Of a DNA stretch of 64,000 bases, positions 8,059 through 20,000 are shown in pieces. The stretch's first letter is position 1. Every line of letters begins with the position of its first letter. The stretch lies in contig CAYGFI010000002.1 of assembly GCA_964349045.1 (NCBI GenBank), positions 39,879 to 103,878 on the forward strand. The letters run 5' to 3'. The DNA comes from an uncultured Chitinophaga sp. GTDB taxonomy: Bacteria; Bacteroidota; Bacteroidia; Bacteroidales; GCA-2748055. Made by a program: the position numbers and the translations under genes. The notes below the pieces were generated by a model, which worked only from the letters and a program-made list of their open reading frames with translations, had not been told where the DNA came from and made no database searches.

Positions 8059-11000
8059 CTACCTCGTCAACATCGCTTTCCTCATAATCACCGTATCATC
8101 CACCAAAATCCTGAGGTAATATAAACCGGGTTTATAATTTACATCGGTTGCTTTCATCTCAAGTTTATAAGCCCCTGCGGATTGGTTTTCATCGAGCATG
8201 ATTTTAATCTTTTCACCAACCACATTGTAAATTTCTACTTTCATCCTTGCCGGTTTTTCGAGGGAATAACTGATGGTTGTAAAGTCGGTAAACGGACTTG
8301 GATAAACAGTCAGTTGGATGGCATCGGCCAGCGGGTTATTTATGTTGGTGCCCTGTATCCTGTTATCTTCCAGGTTGGACAAAGAGTGAACAAACGGACC
8401 TGAACTGGCTTTTTTACCAAGCAAGCCTGCCGGATCGCAAGTATCAGGATTTAATAAGGATATCTGGTAATAAACGATTCCTTCAGGTACGGTGTTATCA
8501 GTAAATGATGTTATGCTGCTTTGAACGGTTTTTAAAAGTTCAAGGCTGTCAGCTGCCGGTCCCCTGTAGATCTCATAAGTACCAAATAGCATACCCTCAT
8601 AATTTTCCCAGATCAGGTTCAACTCCTCATTTAATCCCTTGTTTATTGTAAGATGCATTGTTTTATGCGGAGGGCTCATCGGGCTTTCGTTTCCACAGGT
8701 ATCAACAACCGAGATCCTGTACCGGTCGCTCTTTTCTTCGGGAGCGGATGCTGCATCGGTAAACACTGTCAGTTGGGTTGCTGATTGAACACCGATTATT
8801 TCATAGACTCCTGCAAAGGTTGATTCCCGGTAAATCAGGTATTGTTCGATGGAGGACATATCCGGTTTTTCCCATATTACCATGTTTTTACCGCTTTCAT
8901 CCACAGTTACCATGCAGATTTTCTGACCTGAATAGGGTATAGTAGCCTTAACTTCCAACGATGCTTTACTTCCACAACCATTTACCCCATAGGCTGTAAC
9001 GCTGAAAATACCGGAGGTATCAATTGCAATTGATTGTGTAGTCATATTATTATTCCACATGTAAGAAGCATAACCGGAACCTGCATCGATAATAATTTCA
9101 TCACCATAACATATTGTCCTGGTTGTTCCAAGATTTGGAGCGATTGGAGCTGGTAACGTATTAATTGCAATTGTGTCTGTTGATCTGCATTTAAATATAT
9201 CTGTTGCCTGCAAACTGATATTACCGGCATTGTGAACCACTATTTTAGCTGTTGTTTCACCAGAGCTCCATAAATAAGATATGTATGAATTCCGTGGACT
9301 TAGCTCAACAGAATCGTTCTGGCAAATGGTAAGATCACTCCCCAGGTCAAGTTTGGCCGAAGACCTGCTTTCAACCAATACCTGTTTGGTAGCTGAGCAA
9401 GAATTCACATCATAAACCGTAACCTCAAGGGCTTGATTGGTAGCAACTTTTTGTATCCGCGAGTTTGATCCATTGCTCCACTTATAACTGACAAATTCAC
9501 CCGGATCCAGAAATGCAGGTTCATCGCCACAAATGTATTCAATAGGATTTAAAGTGATAATTGGTGTATTGCTATAAACAACTAATATCTCATCACTTCC
9601 CTGGCAGCCATTTTTATCTGTTACGGTTAGTCTAAACAGACCGGTGGAGGACACTGATCTGTCTTTCTGGGTGGAGCCATTTTCCCATAAATAAGAATGG
9701 AAAGCTGCAGGACCGTTAATAGTCATTAACTGGTTGCCGCATACTGTAGTGTCATTACCTAGATTAAACTGTGGTGAGGTTGTTACTGAAATGGTAAACG
9801 TATCGGAAGTCGCATAGCAGCCGAAATCGTTGGACACATTTACTGTAAATTTACCTCCTGTTGAGATTTCAATGGACTGAGTAGTCTTTCCATTTGACCA
9901 AAGATATGATGCGAAATTACCTGCATCGAGCATTGTGCTTTCGCCATCGCAAAATGTTACCGGCCCCATAATTACCGGACGTGGTTTAACCGCACCGTTC
10001 CCGGCGATATTAGATTCAATCCCGGTATAATCAGGGCTTCCTGCATCAATACATCCAGAAGGTATACTTGCTTTAACCTTGTAATAAACCACGCATTGCG
10101 GTACAAAATTGTCAGACCAGCTTGTAATACTTCCGGCTATATCTTTAACCTTAACCATATTTATTGAGTCGGATCCGCGATATATTTCATATTTGGCCAG
10201 GTTAATCCCCTCGTAAGCAGTCCAGGTAAGGTCAAATCCTGCGGAGCCTTTGTTCACTTTCAGGAAAATTGTGCCATGTGCGGGTGATAATCCGGATTCA
10301 TGACCACATGTGTCCACAAGCGACAATTTGTAGTTGTACTTCAACTGGTCGGAGAATGATAGGGTGTCAGTAAATATTCCGGCATCATCGTACTCCTGCA
10401 TACCAATCATTTCATAACCGCCTGAAATACTTTCACGATAAACTTTATATAACAAGGTTCCTTTCCCGGGAGTTCTCTTCCAGACAATAGTATTATTATT
10501 TAATTGTTTGTTAGCCGTCACGAAGCATATTTGCTCATCTTCATAAGGCGACTGCACAAAAACATATGCCGTGTCGCTGTTCTGACATCCAAATTCATCA
10601 GTTACTGTAACAGTATAATTTCCGGTAGAACCGACTGCCAGAGTACTTCCTGTATAACCGGTATTCCAGCTATAAGAATTAAATGTCCCTGCGAATAAAG
10701 TTTCCTGTTGCCCCTGACACAGGAATATATCATTGCCCAACTCTGGTTCCGGTAAGGGATGTACACTGATAGTAACCGTATCGGAATAGTGGATTTTATT
10801 ATTATAATCAACAGCCTTTACCCAATACGAGCCATTCGTATTCAGTTCGACAGACCGGCTTGTTTCTCCTGTGCTCCATAAGAAGGACTTATACTCCCAG
10901 CCAGCGTTGTATACATGACTCTGGCCCTGGCAAATGGCAGAACTACCTCCCAGGTTAATAATGCTCATGTTGTTAATTTCAATATCAATGGTATCAATAG

Positions 11001-14000
11001 CCCCTTCATCATTGTCAGCCGGGATCATAATAAGTGTATATGTACCATCGGCATCCGGAATGTCAGTTAAACTGTTCCATACCAGGCTTCCGGAATAATT
11101 TGCCGGCAAAATACCTGTTGTCTTACCCTCAAGAGTACAGGGATTCCATAAATTGTTTTTAAGGTACCTCATGGTTATCCTAAGGCTATTACCTTCCGGG
11201 TCGGTTAAATTATAACTGATTATTATATTCCCTCGTTTAAGACCTGAGATTTCTGCTAAAGTTACCGCGGGGATACCATTATTATCAATATGGAATGTCC
11301 ATTCAGCAGGGATGCCATCGTTACCGTCATTTGGAGTCAGACGGAACAAGACATCAGAAACATCAATCCCATTGAAATCAGTATTGGTATTCCAGGTAAA
11401 ACTACCTGCATAATCAGCAAAGACAATACTATCCAGGTTGCCGGATACTGAGGCTGTTTTCCATGTAAGCCCTTTATTTGTGGAATATTGAGCCCTCAGA
11501 TCTATTTCATCCTGTTCATCATCAGAAACCAGGTAATTGAAGAGAACATCCCCGCCGGTTTCAAAAGGCAGCATATTGGTAATCTGAACGGATGAAATGC
11601 CAATATTATCGACAACCAGATCAACCGTATCTGACTGGCCTTTATCGGCATCGTAAGGAGTAATTCTGAATGGTGTAACTCTTGCGGATCCTGCCAGGTC
11701 AATGCCTGCCTTCCAGACTATCGAATGGACTCCATTGGCGATATCAGTGGTATCTCCAGTAATGGTTGCACCGAGCCAGACTTTAGTGACTGGATTGTAG
11801 TATTCTGCATAGATCCGGCACAGATCGGCTTCATTATCATTGATTAAATAAGAAATTGTAACATCGTCTTTCACCTCACCAACGATTAAAGGAATAGTAA
11901 CAACCGGGCGGATGTTATTATTTACAATAAGCTTATTGGATACACCTGGCGTTCCATCGTACCGCAGATCGCCATCGCGTGGAGTGAGCCTGAAGCGGAC
12001 ATTTTTTAGCACGACACCGGGTATATCGGCATAAGAATGCCAAACCACAGATCCTGAATACTTTGTAGAATCCAGGTTCACCGTATCACCGGTAATTGAA
12101 GCCATATGCCAGGTAGTCCCTCCATCAGTTGAATAAGAGGGTTTGAGTTTGACGATATCTTTTTCCGCATCGGAAATAATATAATTAACCGTTACATCTT
12201 TGCTAACCACTCCCGGAATGCTACCTAAAATAACAGATGGGTTTTTATTACCATCATCAGTATAGAAGGTAATGTTTTGACTACCCGCGATATTCCCTGT
12301 ATTGTCCGCCATTCCTGTGTTGGAAAGTGAAATTTCAGTTCCGGTACCCGGAAGGGGGCCGTCGAGCTGCAGAATAACAGCCTGTTTGCTGCCATCGCCA
12401 TCCAGATCAATGAAAACAGGCGCTGACAGATAATAATAAATATCCAGGAAATTATCGGTTACCCTTGAGAATAATGCTTCCTCAGGAGTTCCGTCATTTC
12501 TGAAATAAGTAATGCTTCCATTTTCTTTACCCAGGAAAAGATCAAAATCTCCATCTCCATCAATATCTGTAAATTCAGGTGTACTATATGTACCAAGATT
12601 TGTTAGATAATTTGAAGTAACCATTGACCACTTGGGTTCAAAAGAATTCCCATCATTTCTATAGAAATACAAATTACCACCACAATCACCTATAAACAGA
12701 TCAAAGTCTTTATCATTATCTATATCTGTGAATGAAGCCTTTCCTGAGCAAAAGCCCATAAATGAGCTTTGTTTCCATAAAGTTTGATCCTGGTATAATT
12801 CTTCTGAAAAAGAAATAATTGAAGCTGCGCACCAATTATTAGCATTTATAAGTTCTACATTGCTATCATTATTTATATCGACAGGATAAAATGATTGATG
12901 ACAATTTAACGGGAATCCTTTTAAACTTTGCTGATTCCAAATTGGATTTAAAGCATTTCCAATATTCCTGAAAAATACGGTATTGCCATCATTCCCGATA
13001 AATAAATCAAAATCACCATCCGTGTCGATATCCGTAAATGCAGGTCGTAACCAACCGGAATTATAAATACCCATAGAATTGGTCACTCTTAAATCTATAG
13101 ATTTAATTATTGAGTTATTTAAATAAACCCTTAAATCCCCCCAGTTACCACCAACAATCAAATCTTTATCCTCTGCTCTATAAACCTTCTTTACACTCAA
13201 CCCATTATTAAGACTCCACTTTGCCGGATCAATTGCTGAGAAGAAGTCAATTTCTTCTGAGAAAGTAACGAGCAGCGTTGAATCCTGGGTTTCGCCATAT
13301 GCCGATAATAATGTTGGCGGTGTGCCATCAGAAGTTCCGTCAGTTGTTGCCATAATACCCTGTTCGAGCGAATAGTTAACCGGTTTTATTCCGAATAGGT
13401 ATTCACCATCGGGTAAAGTTGTTTGATAGCTTATTTTGGTGGAATCAAGAACAACCCAGGCAATCGTTGTATCAATTGCAACATCTGAGTTGGAATAAAA
13501 AAGGTAATACTGGTAAGCCTTCGGGTGGTTGTTCCAAACTAATTCGACCTTTCCGCCCTCAAGGGTACGAGCCCTGAAGTTATCAACCGGCCTCATAAGA
13601 ATGGCTTCATTGGCCCAATTGCTGTAAGTGACTTTTACCGTGACACCATCATCATAATAATCCCAGATCTTGGAGGATATTTTTGAGGTAAGTGTTGTTC
13701 CCCAGTAGTTTTCCTTAGCATTAATTGTCTCATAACTCTTGCGTAAAGCCTTCACATTAAACTTCTTATTATTATAAATATTATTGAAGTTTATAACAGG
13801 TAAATTCGCTGCTTCAATGCCATCATCCATGTTATCGAAGATGTCGTTGTACATGATCTGTGAGTTACCGTTTTCACGAATACCGTCATTTCCATTGGAT
13901 GCAACAAGGTTGGAGGTAATGGTATTGTTATCACTCTGGATGCCGATAGAGCCGTTCTTCATTATTTTATTATCCGAAATAGCAGAATTTGTAAGGCTGA

Positions 14001-17000
14001 CCCCAATCCCGCTATTGTTTTCGATATAATTTGAACTCAGTGTAATGTTTCCTCCGATCACTCCATCTCCGGTATTATATCGTATTGAGTTTCTCTCTAC
14101 AATAGACCCACCATCGGAGAAAAGTCCGGAACTGAAATTGTATTCAATAACATTATCACGGACAGAACAATTATTCGCATACATTCCTCTTCCTGAATTT
14201 CGCAATACTTTATTGCCGGATACAAAGCTGTTCCAGGCATTTAAGCCCTCGCCTTTATTAAGTTCTATGATATTGTTCTCGATAAGATTGGCAGTATTTA
14301 CCGACATACCTGCGCCATTATTGGTAACTATATTGTTCCTGACAGGTTTGTTGCTGTTACTGCTTAAGATTACAGCCCAGGATTTATTTTCAGAAAGGAT
14401 ATTGTTTTCGAAAGTGAAATTTCCACCGGGCGAGTTGACACCGTAATAATTACCGGTAAACAGACTATTCGTAATATTTCCTGTGACATTATTGTTTGCA
14501 AAAACTCCGTTTTCCCTGTTATCAATGAAGGTCATGCTGTCAATAATCAGTTTGCCACCGTTCATTTCAACCGCGTTGCGGCAATTGCTGATTTTACCGC
14601 GGCTCAATGTAACTTCCGATACATCGCCCCAGATTCCTTTATCGGCATTCTCGATTTGGAAATGAGAAAATTCGCCGGAACCGCTGCGGAAGAATATATT
14701 GCCAAAAGGATCAAAAGCTGCATTGGTGAACAGGATTGGTTCTGATTCAGTGCCGTTGGCCACTAAACGACCATCGATGGTAACCTGGCGCATTGAATCA
14801 AGTATTAGCATTACACCCGGTTCAATAGTAAGAGTAGCGCCTGAATCAACTCCCATGTTACAATTAATATAATAGGGACTATACTCTTTTGTAAGTGTGA
14901 AATCTTCGGAATAAACTCCACATACCGGGGTTACCGACAAACCTGAAAGCGCTACAACGCGTATGGGCTCATCGTGCGATTCGGCTTCAACAAGTATGGT
15001 ATCGCGATAAACACCAAGGACAGTAGGATGAAATGTAACATTTACGGGAACATTGCCAGAAGCATCAACTGTAATGCTTGATTGTTCAATTGCATAAGGT
15101 GCGGTGGGTGCATATAGCTTAAAGCTTTTTGGGATATTGGCAGTATTCGACAAATTAAAGGTTTTTGTTATTGAAGAATTGGTTTCAACAACGCTGAAAT
15201 TAACTTTTTGATGTTGAGTTCCCTGATATAACAGGGTCACTTCCTCAGGAGTCAGTGCGCGGTTATAGAGTGCTATATCATCAATTAATCCGTTGTAATA
15301 GTTCCATGTATCATTGGCATTATTTCCAAAAGCTCCGATTATAAAATCACTAAAAAACGTACTGAAAGGCACGCTCTGTAAAGTGTTTACAAGCGACCCG
15401 TTTTTGAATATAACCATATTGCCTCCTTCGTAGGTAAGAGCAATGTGGGACCATTCGTTATTTGGGATTGTAAAACCAAGTGGGAAGTCGTAACATCCTC
15501 CCCAGAAATAGGCAGTAGCTCCAGATCTTCCAATACTAAACATTTTATAACTACACTCATTTTTTCCCATATTAATAATTGTACCTCCATCGCTGTTTGG
15601 TTTGGTCCAGAAACATATAGAACGCGGTGTATTACCTTGAGGAACATTTGAAATGCTGGAAAATATCTTTGAGGAACCTGTAAATGAGAACGCGTTATTG
15701 GCAACACCAAACCTGTCAGGTGCAAGTGTTGCAGAGCTTACTGTACAATTGTTATTGTTTCCCGACTCATCATTTGCATTACTATTATAAGGATACCATG
15801 CCAACAGTCCATCAGTGGGTAATCCATTGGCAGTTGTTTTTACGGAATTGGAAAGGTTGCTTTCGAAACCCGCGGTATCGATAGCAGAAATCCAGTAACT
15901 ATAGTTTTGTCCGGGTATGAAAGAATGATCGGTAAATGCCGTTACATTTTTACCCAGGTTAAACAGAGGCACTAAACTGGATGTATCATCAGAATTATTC
16001 CTGTAAAGTTTATACCCCGCCAAATCTGCCTCAGAGGATGCGTTCCAGGTAAATTGCATGGAATCGCAATAATAGTTAGCTTTAAAATTTGAGGGAGGAT
16101 CGATATAATCGAATTTTGCTATAAGCGAAATTGAACTTGCCTCTGAATAATATAAAGCCTGTATTTCAGATTCCGAGATGCTTCGGTTATAGATTCTTAT
16201 CTCATCTAGTGATCCGCTAAAATAACCTACGCTCGCATCCGTATAAGGAGCAGAACCATAAGGGCTAACAGCCGAGCCAATAGAAAGCTCTCTGTCGGTA
16301 ACAAAAGTATTATTTATGAAATTGCTGTTTCGTGAAACTTCTGCACCATCAATATACATAACGGTTCCTGCCTGGCTGGTAGTAATAAGCCAATGATGCC
16401 AGGTATTTACAGGAATCTGGCTATAAGTGTGCATAAGACTGTTGGCACCGCAATGCGATTGCACTTCAAATTTTCCGTTCTGTCCGGAATTTATAATCTG
16501 TAAATAACTGTTGCAACTGCTGCTTCCTCCATAGCCAATCAGACCGGGCATATTTGAAACCTTATTGGCATTGAACCACAAACTTATGGTGCGTTCACCA
16601 GTTGGTAAATTGTTTGAAAAGGATTTAATATAATCGTCAATTCCATCAAATGAATATGCACTATTGGGATTCCCGAACCTGTCATTACCTAAAAATGCGC
16701 CGCTAACGTTTCCATTCCTGCCATACCCGCTTTCATCAAGGGCGTTTCCCTGGAAAGGATAATATGCCACAAGACCCTCGTTCAGTGTATTAACCTTATT
16801 ACTGGCATTGCAGAATATATTCAGGTTATCTTTATAACTTCCCTGAACAGAATTCCTGTCGAGAGTAAACACAATTATTGCTGAATCACCATCAATTATT
16901 GTATCAGGGACTTCGTATGCATATTTGTAAGGATGATCTATTACTGCAAGACTGTCAATATATAAGGGTTTATCACCAACATTTCTGATCCATGCTGAAA

Positions 17001-20000
17001 GTTGTGGTTTGCTGTATTTTGAAGGTCTTAAAGTACCGAAATCAACGAGGACCGGGGCCAAATCCAAAATAGCAGACAATTTAAACTGGGTATAAGACAG
17101 TTTGCTTGAATTATTGTTTGCTCCAAGAGCTTTTATGGCAAATTTGAAATCTGCTTTTGGAAGAGAAGCCTGGTAGCTTGTTTTGGATGAATCCAGGCTA
17201 ACCCAAATATTTAAAGAATCTACAATCCCTGATTGGTTATCATAGAAAAGCTGATAACCTGAACTTTTCATAACCGGCGTCCAATTCAGTTCAATGATCC
17301 CATTCGATATTTTATTAGCAGTGAAGCCTTGGACAACATTAAGGGTTATAGGTTCATTTTTATATGGATCATAATCCACTTTAACAGTTGCCCCATCATC
17401 GTAATAATCGTAAACACGCTGTTTGATAACCGATGATGAAGTAGTTCCCCAATAATTGTTTTCTGCATTAACCGTTTCATTGGATTGTTTGGTGGCTTTC
17501 AGGTCGAAAGCTTTATTACCGATAATGTTATTGAAATTAATAACGGGTAAGGTTGCTGTTTCGATCCCGTCGCCTCCATTTGCGTATATATCATTGAATT
17601 TGATTGTGCAATTGCTTCCCTCGTTAATACCATCGCCAGTGTTATATGCAATTTTATTGTTTTCAATAATATTATACCCGCTGGTTGAAATACCATTTCC
17701 GGCATTCTGCAATATTTCATTTTGCTTTATGGTTGAAGCAGACAAACTGAGACCATTACCTGCATTATGATTAATAAAGTTTAATAATAAGGTCAATGAT
17801 TCTCCACTTATACCACCTAAGGAGTTATCTCTAACTTTATTATTCGTTAATGTACTGCTCACTGCCCTGATTCCCCAGCCAAGGTTATTGTTAATTGTAT
17901 TATCCTGCACTCTACTGCTCCAGGCATTGATACCAATGCCCTTATTGGAAGAGATAATGTTTTCACCGATTGTGGCACCGGTTGCATTAATTCCCTGGTC
18001 GGTGTTCGATGACACAATATTTCTGTTTATTAAACTATTGCTGGCATGCAAACCTGAACCATTATTGTTTAAAATGCAATTATCTATAGCTTTCCCCTGG
18101 TTTTCATCGATATAAATACCCCATCCACGATTATTTGTAATGGTATTCCCTGTCATGGTAAAGGCACCTTGCAAAACACCATTCTCAATATTATTATTAA
18201 TGTTCGAATTTGATATAGAACCCGTAGTCCCGTTATAAGAATAAATACCATTATTAAGGTTTCCGGAAATCAAAATGTCTGAAATATTTGCCCGGCAGTT
18301 GTTAAGTTCAATTCCCTGTCCGCAGCTTGTTATTTCTCCACCGGTTATTGTCAGACTGGTATTTTCTCCATATATCCCTTTTTGTGCTCCTTCAATAATA
18401 ACATTTGAAAGTAAGCTTGCTCCGCTCTGCCTGAAGAAAATCCGGTCGAAATTGTCGCCTCCTTCGCTAATAAAACGTATCGGCTCTTCTGGTGTTCCAT
18501 TGGCAATAAGGCTTCCATCTACAAGGATTTTGCGCATGGAATCGATCTGGATCGTAACGCCAGGTTCAATTGCAAGGGTTTTGCCTTTGTCTATGGTAAG
18601 AACACAATTTATAAAATAGGGGCTTTTTGCTTTGGTTAAGGTTGTGTCTTCAGTAATAACTCCGCATAATTGGGTAACACTTGATCCGGAAACAGGAACT
18701 TTAATTAATGGTTTACTGTGATCCGTCCGTTCGATGTATAATGTATCGGTATAGAAACCCAAGGCAGAGGGATTAAAAGATAGGTTAATTGTTCCAGAGC
18801 CATTTGCCTGGATATTAATTGAAGATTGACCGACTGTAAATGGGACATTTAGAGTATTAATGGTATAATCGGCATCAGATGATTCACTGTTAAGTATTTT
18901 TAACTTTAAGGTTTTATTTGACCCTGCAGCTAATGCACCGAAGTTTAGTTCAGTCGGAGAAACAGGCTTACCATAAATATTTGTTATTTCGGTTAAGTTC
19001 AGAACACGGCTATAAATTGCTATATCGTCAAGCAACCCATTAAAATTCTCCGAGCCACGCTTTCCCCCGAAAACCAGATTATAGTTTACATAATTATAGA
19101 TATTTCCTTTAAGGCTGGCTGTATCAGCTAAAAAACCATTTATATATAATTTACAATTTAATGAACTTTGACTCCCATCAAAAGTGTAAACGATATGGTA
19201 CCAGTTTTCAAAATTAACAGTATTAGTACCACTCGTTATTACCTTGCTATTGTCACAATATTCAGTAATAGAAGCAGAAAACTTTCTATCGCGATGAAAT
19301 GATATGTAAAAAGGTTCGCCATTGCACCAATCCCTGTCTTGTGAAATAATCATATCTCTATTTAACCCTGAACCAAAACTTATAGGTTTTACCCATACAC
19401 TTATTGAAAATGTTGAATATCCACCTAAATGAAAATCCGTTTCTATTTTATCATTAATCCCATCAAAAGTATATGCCGAATTGGGTTTACCAAAGCGATC
19501 ACTAACCAGCGTGGCCCCTGAAACAGAAGCAATATGGCCGTTATTACTTTCGTCATTTGCATTGCCATTGAATGGATAAAAAGCAATCAACCCGCTGTTT
19601 GGTATTTTTGGCGGTGAAATGGTTTGCAATTGCAGGGATAATTCACTTTCATAATCAGCAGTGTCAATAGCCGTAACCCAGTAATAATAAGTTAAACCCG
19701 GAATGATTGTGTTGTCTGAAAACGAAGTGTCGGTATTTGTCAGGTTTGCCAGGGTCATTGCGGAAGAAGGATCTGCTGCGTTATTTCTGTAAATTTTGTA
19801 TCCTGCGAGATCGCTTTCATTTACGGCATTCCATGTTAATTTAAGGGAATCTTTGAAATATGATGCTTTAAAGTTAGCAGGCGCACTAATCCCCTTTATT
19901 ACTGCAGAAATTTTTAAAATTGTATCACTTTGCAGCTTACTGCCATTGCTATAAAGTCTTGCATCGAGTGCATAGGTATTCAGTGGATAATTTCTTTCCA

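Noticed and set aside
15387-15725. 112-aa same-strand, alternative-frame ORF within the giant gene, and the similar 179-aa ORF 56585..57124 within GH2
   Set aside because: Both are fully embedded in strongly supported CDSs. They have no start context and no family resemblance. I treat them as overlapping-frame noise.
13784-18619. Long antisense ORFs inside the giant gene (13784..14029, 14045..14446, 17456..17770, 17888..18115, 18275..18619)
   Set aside because: All lie opposite the Asn/Gly/Ile-rich beta-helix rungs, whose codons (AAT/AAC/GGN/ATT) lack reverse-complement stops. The translations are low-complexity Leu/Ile/Ser/Pro strings with no recognisable domains. They are by-products of the sense-strand composition.
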